Shown piece after piece: positions 8,998-17,770 of a DNA stretch of 23,790 nt. The position numbers were made by a program, and so were the translations under genes. The stretch is taken from assembly GCA_965649265.1 (NCBI GenBank), contig CBFGKC010000023.1, positions 1-23,790 of the forward strand, given 5' to 3'. Under the pieces are notes generated by a model. That model searched no databases and was not told the DNA's origin. It worked only from the letters and a program-made list of their open reading frames with translations. Position 1 is the stretch's first letter, and every line of letters begins with the position of its first letter. The DNA comes from a candidate division WOR-3 bacterium (lineage in GTDB: Bacteria; Hydrothermota; Tepidihabitantia; B3-TA06).

Positions 8998-10392
8998 TCA
9001 GTTCTTGATGTGTATAGCCTGCTTCTTGACGTTCTCGGCAGCCTCCATCACCGCCTCAAGAAGTGTGGGGTGAGGGTGAACGGACGAGCCGAGCACTTCA
9101 AAGGATGCGTCAAGCTCGAGGCCTATTATGCCCTCGCCTATGAGTGTGTCGGCGTTGGCACCAAGAACGTGCATGCCGAGAAGTTGACCTGAACCCTTCT
9201 CGGCGATTATCTTCACGAATCCGTCGCGCTCGCCCAGGGTTGCTGCTCGGCCCAGTGCGGAGTAAGGGAACCTGCCGATGAGGATATCGTACCCGGCGTC
9301 AATGGCCTGTTTTTCCGACAGCCCGACTGAGGCGACGTTAGGAATCGTGTAGATGCAAGCCGGCATGGCCTTCGGGTTGTAGCCCACGTCGTGACCGGCG
9401 ATCACCTCTGCGGCAACCACACCCTGTCTCGTCGCGCGGTGCGCGAGAAGGGGGGGGCCCGTGACATCCCCGATAGCATAGATTCCGGGAACGGTGCTTT
9501 CTAGCCTGTCCGAGACCCGTATGAATCCCTTCTTGTCTGTCTCTATCGGAACGGTGGGAGACCAGAGATTCTCCGTGAGGGGCTTGCGTCCCACACCCAG
9601 AAGGAGCTTTTCGACGTCCTTTTCGATCTTCCGACCGTCATGCGTTTCGATGACTGCATGAAGACCGCCGGCCGTATTTGAGATGTCGGCGATTTTGGAC
9701 GAGAGGTGGAGGTCGATGCCCTGTCTTGAGATAAGTTTCGCAAGGTTTTCTGCGATCTCTGAATCGAGACCGGGCTGTACCTGCGGCATTATTTCGACGA
9801 CAGTGACCTTGGTTCCGAACGCGTTGTAGATGGTTGCCATCTCGAGGCCGGTCGCGCCGGCGCCCACCACCAGCATGGATTCAGGGACGCTAGAGAAAAA
9901 AAGGGCGCGTTCGGCATAGAAGATTCGCTCGTCGTCGGGCACGAGCCCGGGAAGAGGGGTAGGCGCGGAGCCTGTGGCGATTATTACGGCATCTGCCTCG
10001 AGAAGTTCCGAACCTGAAGCAAAACCGACCTCTACTTTGCCGGGCTCAGGGATGTGTGCGAGGCCGCGGAAGAGTTCGATGCCGTATGCGTTGAAGAGGA
10101 ACTCCACACCCTTGACCAGCTTCGTGACCGTCGCATCCTTCCACTGCTGGAGCCTGGGAAAATCCATACCCTTATCTTCAAAGCCAAGCCCCATACGCTC
10201 GAAGAGGGGGAGGGAGTGCTTTATCTCGGCGGCGTGGCAAAGTGCTTTTGTCGGTATGCATCCCCAGTTGAGACACACCCCGCCCACCGCGTTCTTTTCG
10301 ACTACGGCGACCTTTTTCCCCAGTTGGGCAAGCCTGATAGCTGCCGGATACCCCCCCGGGCCCGCACCTATCACAACGGCATCGTATTTCAT
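8998..10392 (-). CDS. lpdA: Dihydrolipoyl dehydrogenase
   Basis: FAD-binding GAGPGGY, redox disulfide GGVCLNWGCIPTK, ATGS, IYAIGDV, LAHRA, C-terminal HPHPTLLE. AAGGAG RBS. Confidence 0.95.
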   Translation of the reverse strand: MKYDAVVIGAGPGGYPAAIRLAQLGKKVAVVEKNAVGGVCLNWGCIPTKALCHAAEIKHSLPLFERMGLGFEDKGMDFPRLQQWKDATVTKLVKGVEFLFNAYGIELFRGLAHIPEPGKVEVGFASGSELLEADAVIIATGSAPTPLPGLVPDDERIFYAERALFFSSVPESMLVVGAGATGLEMATIYNAFGTKVTVVEIMPQVQPGLDSEIAENLAKLISRQGIDLHLSSKIADISNTAGGLHAVIETHDGRKIEKDVEKLLLGVGRKPLTENLWSPTVPIETDKKGFIRVSDRLESTVPGIYAIGDVTGPPLLAHRATRQGVVAAEVIAGHDVGYNPKAMPACIYTIPNVASVGLSEKQAIDAGYDILIGRFPYSALGRAATLGERDGFVKIIAEKGSGQLLGMHVLGANADTLIGEGIIGLELDASFEVLGSSVHPHPTLLEAVMEAAENVKKQAIHIKN

Positions 10393-10441
10393 CGCAAAAC
10401 TCCTTCAGGAACTTTTCTGGATTTATTTCGAATTTAAAAGG

Positions 10442-10469
10442 ATTCTAGCGCGAGGGCATCCCTTGTCAA
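10442..10469 (-). promoter_or_regulatory. sigma70-like promoter of lpdA
   Basis: TTGACA-N16-TAGAAT on the minus strand. Confidence 0.75.
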
Positions 10470-10635
10470 GTTTTGAGGTCCGCAGACAGAAGGTTACTGT
10501 TTGAAACACCTTACGGAAAAAACGACGTGAAACGAATGCAGGAGCAAATGATTTCTTCAGACTGTCTTGACGAAGACGTATGAAACAAATAAAGGTGGAA
10601 GGCGAAATTTGAATTGTTGTGGGTAAAAAAAAATC

Positions 10636-10663
10636 TTGACAACCCTCCTGGAGGAGGTATAAT
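10636..10663 (+). promoter_or_regulatory. sigma70-like promoter of the repeat-protein pair
   Basis: TTGACA-N16-TATAAT, with an A-tract (UP-like) immediately upstream. Confidence 0.8.
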
Positions 10664-10697
10664 TTTTTCAATAAACTACAATATATCGGGAGGCTTT

Positions 10698-11903
10698 ATG
10701 AAAAGGTTGTTGGTTTTCCTTTCCTTATTTCCATTATCGATTTTGACCGCAGGTTGGATGAAAACTTACGGTGACATATATGACGACTACGGTCAGTGCG
10801 TGCGCACGACCAAGGACGGCGGGTATATAGTGGTCGGTACCACCTCATCTTACGGATTGCTTCCGGTAAGCCTCTGGCTGCTGAAGCTGGACGCTAACGG
10901 CGATACAACCTGGATGCACACCTACGGCAGAAAAGCCAAATCTTCGCTGTCATCTTCAGGCGTCGGGGTAGTCGAGATTCCTGACGGCGGTTACGTAACT
11001 GCCGGAATCTCAATTTCAGGCAACGTTGTTCTGGATTCAAGGGGATACGGTGTGGACGAGGAACTTATTACTATGTCACTTGAAAAAACGGAAATAGCCA
11101 TGTGGCTTTTAAAGACAAACTCCGCGGGCGGCGCGATATGGGAAAGAACTTACCTCGGGAAGCATGCAAGTACCGCGCATTATTTGTGCGCCACATCCGA
11201 CGGCAACTTCGTTGCGGTGGGTACTGCGGCTGACACGTCCGGAAAGAAACCACTAGATCATCTCTACATTGTAAAAGCAAGCATTCGCGGCGACGAGATG
11301 TGGAACAAAATATACATGGGCGACGTATCGTCGGGAGGCTCCTGCATTGTGGAAACCCCGGACAAGGGTCTTGCGGCTTGCGGACGGAGAGGTGAGGATG
11401 CATGGCTTTTAAAGACCGATTCGGCCGGCAACATCCTCTGGGCGCGCACGTACGGCGGATCGAAGGATGACGTTGCTCTTTCATTGGCCGTGGCGGCCGA
11501 CGGCGGTTTTTTTATGGCGGGCAGCACCTTATCAGCTGGAGCAGGGAAAACAGACCTTTGGCTCGCAAGAACGGATTCTCTCGGTGATACTTTGTGGACA
11601 AAAACTTACGGCGGCGAGAAGGAGGACTGCGGTATGTCTATCGTTGTCACCCCAGGCGGCGGAGCCGTGATTGCAGGCTACACGAAATCGCAGGGTGCCG
11701 GAAGAAAGGACGCCTGGCTTCTCGAAGTGGATTCCGAAGGCAAGCTTTTGTGGCAGAAAACCTTCGGCACCTGGCAGGACGAGGAGGCGACATCCGTGGA
11801 CAAAACAACGGACGGCGGCTACGTGGTTACCGGCTACTTTACCCAGAAAGGCTCACAGGACCTCTGGATAGCTAAGGTCGACTCGAAAGGCAATGTGAAC
11901 TGA
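10698..11903 (+). CDS. Secreted repeat protein, probable beta-propeller (paralog 1)
   Basis: GGAGG RBS then ATG 10698. Signal peptide MKRLLVFLSLFPLSILTA. About 7 repeats of ~50 aa: W.(K/R)TYGG...D....T.DGG....G......WL.K.D..G. The fold is inferred. Confidence 0.85.
   Translation: MKRLLVFLSLFPLSILTAGWMKTYGDIYDDYGQCVRTTKDGGYIVVGTTSSYGLLPVSLWLLKLDANGDTTWMHTYGRKAKSSLSSSGVGVVEIPDGGYVTAGISISGNVVLDSRGYGVDEELITMSLEKTEIAMWLLKTNSAGGAIWERTYLGKHASTAHYLCATSDGNFVAVGTAADTSGKKPLDHLYIVKASIRGDEMWNKIYMGDVSSGGSCIVETPDKGLAACGRRGEDAWLLKTDSAGNILWARTYGGSKDDVALSLAVAADGGFFMAGSTLSAGAGKTDLWLARTDSLGDTLWTKTYGGEKEDCGMSIVVTPGGGAVIAGYTKSQGAGRKDAWLLEVDSEGKLLWQKTFGTWQDEEATSVDKTTDGGYVVTGYFTQKGSQDLWIAKVDSKGNVN
11763..11827 (+). 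repeat. 65-nt exact direct repeat, copy 1 (partner 13102-13166)
   Basis: TTCGGCACCTGGCAGGACGAGGAGGCGACATCCGTGGACAAAACAACGGACGGCGGCTACGTGGT is identical in both paralogs. Confidence 0.95.
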
Positions 11904-12012
11904 ATATCGCTTTTTATATAAAAGCTTAAAGCCGATCGTTTGGAAGAGAATACTTCGGAGTTGTTGCTTTAGAGTTATGCTTTCTTAATAAACGACAAAG
12001 CGGGAGGCTTTG

Positions 12013-13242
12013 ATGAAAAAAACTTACCGGGTTTTATCCCTTTCATTTCTTTTTCTTGTGATGCCTTCATTGGCTTATGCCGGCTGGATGAAAACGTATG
12101 GAGATCGCGACTGGTTTGAGACAGGTACTTGTGTCAAATCAACTTCCGACGGGAAATACATCGTAGCAGGTTCAAAAGGCGCTTATCTCTGGCTTGTTAA
12201 GATAGACTCCACTGGTGATACCATTTGGGATTACATCTATGAGAGACAATCCAAGTTATCATTATCCACCTCTGGACAGTGCGTTAATGAATTACCGAGC
12301 GGGGATTTCCTCGCCACAGGTACGGCAGTCACAGGCGACATAGCCATTTATGGGGATGACTTCGGATCAATGGAAGAAATGATTTCAAACATACTTTCCG
12401 GTCAAACTGCAGTATATTATGAACAAGCGGAAATTTCCTTATGGCTCCTTAAAGTCACGACTAGTGGGTCCCAGGTTTGGGAAAGAACCCGAAAAGGCAC
12501 AAGAGGGAGCGTAGGAAATTTTTTATGCATAACTTCAGACGGTAATTGTGTAGCTGTGGGATCTGCCATTAATTCAACGTCTCACAAGGAATCAAACACA
12601 CTCTTTGTTGTTAAATCAACACTTAGAGGGGACGAGGTGTGGAGCAAAACCTATGAGACAGATTCGTTGTCTTCAGGTCTGTTTGTCAATGAAACTGCCG
12701 ATAAAGGCTTAATCATATGCGGCGTGAAGAAACAAGACGCGTGGCTTGTAAAGATGGATTCGGTAGGTAATAAGCTGTGGTCACGCAGTTATGGCGGGAA
12801 TAAGGCGGATTCAACTTTCGCGCTTTGTGAAATGGGTGACGGCGGATTCCTACTTGTCGGAAACACGCTATCCTTTGGTGCGGGAAAATCAGATCTCTGG
12901 CTCGTACGAACCGGCTCAAAGGGTGATACTTTGTGGACCAAAACCTACGGCGGCGAACGCAATGATGCAGGAAGTTCTATCGTTGCCACGGCAGATGGAG
13001 GAGCAGTCATAGCAGGTTACACTCAATCGGAGGGAGAAGGAAAGAAGGATGCCTGGCTCATTAAGGTTGATGCGAACGGAAACAAAACATGGTCAAAAAC
13101 TTTCGGCACCTGGCAGGACGAGGAGGCGACATCCGTGGACAAAACAACGGACGGCGGCTACGTGGTCACCGGCTACTTCACGCAAAAAGGCTCAAAGGAC
13201 CTCTGGATCGCCAAAGTCGACTCTAACGGAAACGTCAACTAA
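12013..13242 (+). CDS. Secreted repeat protein, probable beta-propeller (paralog 2)
   Basis: GGAGG RBS, signal peptide ending LAYA|GWMKTYGD. Same repeat architecture as paralog 1 and collinear with it. Confidence 0.85.
   Translation: MKKTYRVLSLSFLFLVMPSLAYAGWMKTYGDRDWFETGTCVKSTSDGKYIVAGSKGAYLWLVKIDSTGDTIWDYIYERQSKLSLSTSGQCVNELPSGDFLATGTAVTGDIAIYGDDFGSMEEMISNILSGQTAVYYEQAEISLWLLKVTTSGSQVWERTRKGTRGSVGNFLCITSDGNCVAVGSAINSTSHKESNTLFVVKSTLRGDEVWSKTYETDSLSSGLFVNETADKGLIICGVKKQDAWLVKMDSVGNKLWSRSYGGNKADSTFALCEMGDGGFLLVGNTLSFGAGKSDLWLVRTGSKGDTLWTKTYGGERNDAGSSIVATADGGAVIAGYTQSEGEGKKDAWLIKVDANGNKTWSKTFGTWQDEEATSVDKTTDGGYVVTGYFTQKGSKDLWIAKVDSNGNVN
13102..13166 (+). repeat. 65-nt exact direct repeat, copy 2 (partner 11763-11827)
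   Basis: Identical to 11763-11827. Confidence 0.95.
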
Positions 13243-13309
13243 CAGTATCTGCAATTAACTTCTATCAAAGCGATTTGTGGTTCACCGACAGCCCAGCCCT
13301 TGCTTCTTT

Positions 13310-14782
13310 CTAATCTCCGAACGCGCGCTTGAGGGTCTCCTGTGACGGCTTTTTCGTAAAAAGCGAAACGAAGACGATCACGAGCAGGGCGACCACGATG
13401 CCGGGGATGAACCCGTGGATGCCCGAAGCGGCCACAAACTTCAAGCCCAGCTTCCCCAGCACCTGCCATGCGAGCGCGACAGATGAGCCGATAATCATGG
13501 AAAGCAGGACCCCCATCTTCGACGCGCCGCGCCAGTAGATTCCAAAAAGCATCGGCCACAGGTTCGTGGAGGCGATTATCGCCCAGGCAAAGCCCGTAAT
13601 GACGAGTATGAGGTCGGGCGGTTTGATGGCGATGACGAGCGAGATAAGCCCGGCTATGAGGCTGACGATCCTTCCCCAGAGAACCTGCTTTTTGTCCGAC
13701 ATGTCGACCTTGAGCCCTTTCTCTACGACGTCACGTACGACTCCTGAGGAGACTATGATGAGAACGGACGCGAACGTACTCATGCCTGCGGCGAGGACCC
13801 CGGCCAAAAGAAGCCCGCCCGCCCAGGGGGGGAGGGTGTGCTTGACGAGCGTGGGTATAGCAAGGTCGGGGTTTGCAAGATTGGGAAAGAGCACTCGCGC
13901 GGCCGCTCCGGTAAGGTATGGCAGCAGCGCGATCGAGCCGCCAACGGTGGCCACAACGGTTCCTATCCGCAAGAGCTTGGTTTTCTCGATGGAATAAAAG
14001 CGGACGACCAGCTGCGGCATTCCCCACACCCCGAAGCTCATGATGAGTGAGAAGCTTATAAGCCCCGCCCATCCCCACTCGCCTGGTGTCTGGATGAGTC
14101 CCATATTGATGGCGGCAAGGGATTGGTTGAGCTTGGCGAATCCACCCACGGCCATGACGGCAAAGATGCTCATAAAGACGAGCGCGAATATCATCACCCA
14201 TCCCTGCAGAAAGCTGGTCCACACGACCGCCAGGTAGCCGCCCACCGCGACGTAGAGTAGAATGAGGAGACCGGAGACGAGGACCGATGTGATGTAGGGC
14301 CAGCCCATAAGAACCTCGAACGCGTTGCCCATACCCTTGAGAACGCTCACGTTGTAGATTATGAGGAAGATGATGATTACGGCCGCTGAGAACAGCCGGG
14401 ATGTGGGCGAGTTGAAGCGCTCGGCGAAGAACTCGGGAACGGTCATGGTTCCGAGCCTGTGAGTCATCTTCCTGACGCGCGGCCCCATCACGGCCCACAC
14501 AAGGAAGCACCCTACGAGCACGTTGATAGCGCCTATCCAGAGCGTCGAAAGCCCGTACTTGTAGCCGAATCCTCCGCCGCCGATGATGAGAACGGATGAG
14601 AAGTATGCGGCTATGAAGGAGAGGGCTGTGACCCACGGCCCAAGCTTGCGACCGCCCAGAAAGTAGTCCTCACTCTTTGAGGATTTTCTTCCCGCGAGAA
14701 TCCCTACAAGTATCGTAACCGCGAAGTAGACAACGATTATTGCCCAGTAGGTGAAGGCTGGTGTTTTAATGAAATCAATCAT
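13310..14782 (-). CDS. Sodium:solute symporter (SSS family, PutP/PanF-like); substrate unknown
   Basis: About 13 hydrophobic segments, EDYFLGGRKLGPW, TVPEFFAERF, YVAVGGYLAVVWT, GMPQLVVRFY, Na+-site motif GVLAAGMST. Confidence 0.92.
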   Translation of the reverse strand: MIDFIKTPAFTYWAIIVVYFAVTILVGILAGRKSSKSEDYFLGGRKLGPWVTALSFIAAYFSSVLIIGGGGFGYKYGLSTLWIGAINVLVGCFLVWAVMGPRVRKMTHRLGTMTVPEFFAERFNSPTSRLFSAAVIIIFLIIYNVSVLKGMGNAFEVLMGWPYITSVLVSGLLILLYVAVGGYLAVVWTSFLQGWVMIFALVFMSIFAVMAVGGFAKLNQSLAAINMGLIQTPGEWGWAGLISFSLIMSFGVWGMPQLVVRFYSIEKTKLLRIGTVVATVGGSIALLPYLTGAAARVLFPNLANPDLAIPTLVKHTLPPWAGGLLLAGVLAAGMSTFASVLIIVSSGVVRDVVEKGLKVDMSDKKQVLWGRIVSLIAGLISLVIAIKPPDLILVITGFAWAIIASTNLWPMLFGIYWRGASKMGVLLSMIIGSSVALAWQVLGKLGLKFVAASGIHGFIPGIVVALLVIVFVSLFTKKPSQETLKRAFGD

Positions 14783-14891
14783 CCCGAGCCCCCTTCCGAC
14801 GGACGAGCGCCCAGATTATGGACGCAACTATCGTCGCCGCGGTGACAAGCACCGCCGCAAAAGTAATCCAATCAAAACCAAAAGGTGCCAT
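14775..14891 (-). CDS. Small single-TM protein (38 aa), putative symporter accessory subunit
   Basis: MAPFGFDWITFAAVLVTAATIVASIIWALVRRKGARDD*. AAGGAG RBS upstream; the stop overlaps the SSS start (ATGATTGA). Below the ORF-track size cutoff. Confidence 0.85.
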   Translation of the reverse strand: MAPFGFDWITFAAVLVTAATIVASIIWALVRRKGARDD

Positions 14892-14924
14892 CAACACTCC
14901 TTGAGGGTTAAAAAATTTTACTGG

Positions 14925-14952
14925 ACTATACGTATCCGAAGGACATAGTCAA
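14925..14952 (-). promoter_or_regulatory. sigma70-like promoter of the small protein/SSS operon
   Basis: TTGACT-N16-TATAGT on the minus strand. Confidence 0.7.
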
Positions 14953-15053
14953 GGATAACCATTCACTTCGGCGAAGCAAACAACAGGGATATGTCCGATA
15001 AGCTACGCTCCACGAAGGTTTGTTAAAATTTCAAGGAAAGCGGTGCAATCCCC

Positions 15054-15091
15054 GGGGTCCACCAAAAAGTTGCGAGCAACTTTTTGGTGGA
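15054..15091. repeat. REP-like perfect inverted repeat (divergent family member)
   Basis: TCCACCAAAAAGTTGC-GA-GCAACTTTTTGGTGGA, a 16-bp perfect stem at 15058-15091, preceded by GGGG like the other copies. Confidence 0.7.
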
Positions 15092-15097
15092 TAACCC

Positions 15098-15125
15098 TTG
15101 ACTCGAATGCAACGAGGAGTATATT
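15098..15125 (+). promoter_or_regulatory. sigma70-like promoter of the DUF3160 operon
   Basis: TTGACT-N16-TATATT; AAGGAGG RBS at about 15141-15147. Confidence 0.7.
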
Positions 15126-15151
15126 AGATTGAAATCTTACAAGGAGGATGC

Positions 15152-17206
15152 ATGCGCGCGTCTTTGATCGTTTTCTTAACCTTAAACATGGGAGTTCTCA
15201 TGGCCTACTCGGGTAAACTGAAGGATGTAAAAGCGCTTGAGAGCGAGAAAGATCTGTTGTCAAACATCGGTGAGAGCGAGTTCTCGAGGATAAATTCGCT
15301 CGGCTTCGTTCTTGTTCAGACCGGCAAGGACGAGATATACGATCTGTACCAGGGTTACTACAGCTCACCCTACACCCCCATGTTCGTTTCAGTGGATCTG
15401 ACGTTTCACACCATGCATCTTCTTGTGGACCGCGCGGTTCGAAAAATGGAAGTGGAGGAACTCCTGCCTAAGCTCGAAAAGCTTGTCACAGGGATGCTCG
15501 AGATGGCAAAGAAGGATTACGCGAGCATGAAGGGTGAGGGCTCCAAAATAGCCGAATCCGAACTCATCTACTTCGCTGTGGCACAAGGACTCCTTGGTAA
15601 GGAGCCCGACGTGAAAGGCATCGTTAAAACAAAGGTGGATGAGGAGCTTGCGAGAATCGAACGTCATGAGGGTATTTACGACGTTACTTTCCTCGCCGAG
15701 ACAAAGGAGGATTACTCCCAGTACGTGCCGCGCGGCCATTACACGCGTTCCGACGACCTCAAGCGCTACTTCAAGGCAATGATGTGGCTGGGACGGCTTC
15801 CCCTTCACGTGCCGAAGGAAGGCAAGGATCAGCAGGCGTTCAGAACTGCCCTGCTCGTTTCGTACAATCTCTCGCAGAGCGCGGAGCTAAAGGAATTGTG
15901 GAAGGAGATATACGATCCCACCGCCTTCTTCTTCGGATCGGCTGAGGACCTCACGGTGGAGATATTGGAGAAGGAGACGAGCAAATTCTATGGAAATAAG
16001 GGAATAGCGGAGATATTGGCCGACGCGGCAAAACTTGAGGAATTTGCCAGGCTATTGAGGACGAAATATCAGCCCAAGATCCTTTCGGAGTACGCGGAGT
16101 CAAAACCGGGCGAGGAGCCTATAGAGGTTCCCGTATCTTTTCGATTCATGCCCCAGCGGTTCGTCCCGGATTCTTACATGATGACCGAGCTTGTAGCCGA
16201 CAGGGTTCGCGACTACGAGGGAGAGTATCTTGGAGGAAGTCCCCTGCCTTTCACCTGCGGCATGACCGAGATGGGCCCAATGCGCGTCTTCCCGAGAGGG
16301 TTGGACGTAATGTCAGTAATCGGATGGCAGCCGGCGGAAGAGATAATCTCCGCGGACGGCGACGCCATGTACAAGAACTACCCGGAGCAGTTGGAGAAGA
16401 TGAGAACGTGGTATTCTTCCCTGTCAGAGGATGAACGGGCTTCTTCGATTTACTTCAGGTGGTTCGAGATGTTTTCTGTCTATAAGCAGACTGTTCCACC
16501 GCCGGACGTGGACGCGGACGCGTGGGCACGGAAGATGCTGTTCACGACGCTCGGCTCCTGGACAGAGCTCAGGCACGATGCAATCCTCTACGCCAAGCAG
16601 AGCTACACCGGCTACGTTACGGGCGCACCGCCCGGCAGGGATACCGAACCCCCTCCCCCACCGCTGGAGCTTGCGGTCATAGAGGAGTCGCCGGAGATTT
16701 ACGTGATAATGGCTGAATGTTCAGGGATGATCGCCGACTTCATCGGCGAGAAGGAAGGCTACAACCAGATAAGGGAAACCTTCATCGAGTTGGAGCAAAC
16801 CCTTTTGAAGATGGACACGCTGGCCCGCAAGCAGATGTTTGGAAACCTCTCAAAGGATGAGCATGCCTGGTTGTGGCACCTGCCCGGCAAACTCTCCGGT
16901 TTTAAGTACATGCTGGGGGACATCCCGGAGACCGAGGCCGACGAAAGGATGGCGCTGGTTGCCGACGTTCACACTGACCCTAACACTAAACAAGTGCTGG
17001 AGGAGGCGACCGGCAACCCTGCCAGGATGTACGTGATTGTCGGCATCGGCGGAAAGAAATACGTGGCGCAGGGTGCCGCCTTTACGTATTACGAGTTCAA
17101 GCAGCCGCTTTCGGACCGTCTCACGGACGAGGCGTGGCAGGCCAGACTCGATTCGTACGAGGCGACTCCCATGCCTTCCTGGACAGACATCTTCTTCACA
17201 AGGTAG
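15152..17206 (+). CDS. DUF3160 domain-containing exported protein
   Basis: Recognised family motifs EDYSQYVPRGHYT, YFKAMMWLGR, FRFMPQRFVPDS, LGSWTELRHDAILYAKQSY, LVADVHTD, VLEEATG, YYEF and RLTDEAW. Hydrophobic N-terminus and strong RBS. Confidence 0.88.
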   Translation: MRASLIVFLTLNMGVLMAYSGKLKDVKALESEKDLLSNIGESEFSRINSLGFVLVQTGKDEIYDLYQGYYSSPYTPMFVSVDLTFHTMHLLVDRAVRKMEVEELLPKLEKLVTGMLEMAKKDYASMKGEGSKIAESELIYFAVAQGLLGKEPDVKGIVKTKVDEELARIERHEGIYDVTFLAETKEDYSQYVPRGHYTRSDDLKRYFKAMMWLGRLPLHVPKEGKDQQAFRTALLVSYNLSQSAELKELWKEIYDPTAFFFGSAEDLTVEILEKETSKFYGNKGIAEILADAAKLEEFARLLRTKYQPKILSEYAESKPGEEPIEVPVSFRFMPQRFVPDSYMMTELVADRVRDYEGEYLGGSPLPFTCGMTEMGPMRVFPRGLDVMSVIGWQPAEEIISADGDAMYKNYPEQLEKMRTWYSSLSEDERASSIYFRWFEMFSVYKQTVPPPDVDADAWARKMLFTTLGSWTELRHDAILYAKQSYTGYVTGAPPGRDTEPPPPPLELAVIEESPEIYVIMAECSGMIADFIGEKEGYNQIRETFIELEQTLLKMDTLARKQMFGNLSKDEHAWLWHLPGKLSGFKYMLGDIPETEADERMALVADVHTDPNTKQVLEEATGNPARMYVIVGIGGKKYVAQGAAFTYYEFKQPLSDRLTDEAWQARLDSYEATPMPSWTDIFFTR

Positions 17207-17209
17207 CTC

Positions 17210-17770
17210 TTGCGGTTTCAACTAGTCACGATACCGGTATTGCTTCTTTGCATCGGAACGGCCGATGCAGGAAAGTTCACCCTGGGCGCAGGGGTTGGCA
17301 GCAGTTATTTCGCGGAGAAGACGCTTTTCTACATACCCAGTCAGGAGTCTTACGCCTACGATTATCTCGGCTTGCGCCTCGAGACTGAATCTGGTTTCTA
17401 CGCCGAGCGATCAAAATTCAATGCGCTCGTCTCTTACGGTGCAACCTTTTTCAACCTTGACTCTATAACCTGGCTTGTTGATCAGCAGGCTTCGCTGTTG
17501 ACGGAATACCGGCTGCTGCCTTTTGGCGAAAAAGGCAGAAACTACTTTACGGTCGGACTCGGACCCTCTCTCAGATTCGGCAGTTTAATTTCAGGGGACT
17601 CGGTTTTCTGCGCGGCACCCCAGTTTTACGCGGACGGCGAACTCGCCTTGCTTTTTCTATCAAAGGAACACTTCTTTCTCAGAGGTCAGGTTACCTACTC
17701 GGTTTCGCCCTTTAATCCGCTGCGCAGCATTTTTCTCAATTTGACCGTGCGCGCCTGCTACCGGATATGA
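17210..17770 (+). CDS. Hypothetical exported protein, probable small outer-membrane beta-barrel (paralog A)
   Basis: TTG 3 nt after the DUF3160 stop. Signal peptide ending TADA|G. Alternating amphipathic strands rich in G/F/Y. Aligns along its whole length with the next gene. Confidence 0.7.
   Translation: MRFQLVTIPVLLLCIGTADAGKFTLGAGVGSSYFAEKTLFYIPSQESYAYDYLGLRLETESGFYAERSKFNALVSYGATFFNLDSITWLVDQQASLLTEYRLLPFGEKGRNYFTVGLGPSLRFGSLISGDSVFCAAPQFYADGELALLFLSKEHFFLRGQVTYSVSPFNPLRSIFLNLTVRACYRI

Noticed and set aside
8998-10392. Stand-alone lpdA without E1/E2 or glycine-cleavage genes
   Set aside because: Unlinked lpdA genes are common because E3 is shared among complexes, so this is not unusual.
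11757-13242. Paralog 3' repeat as the TR/VR pair of a diversity-generating retroelement
   Set aside because: The mismatches are mostly synonymous third-position changes and are not adenine-specific. Both copies are coding and there is no reverse transcriptase in the window.
13731-14636. 301-aa alternative-frame ORF inside the symporter
   Set aside because: Arg/His-rich low-information translation typical of a shadow frame in a GC3-rich gene, with no RBS or motifs.
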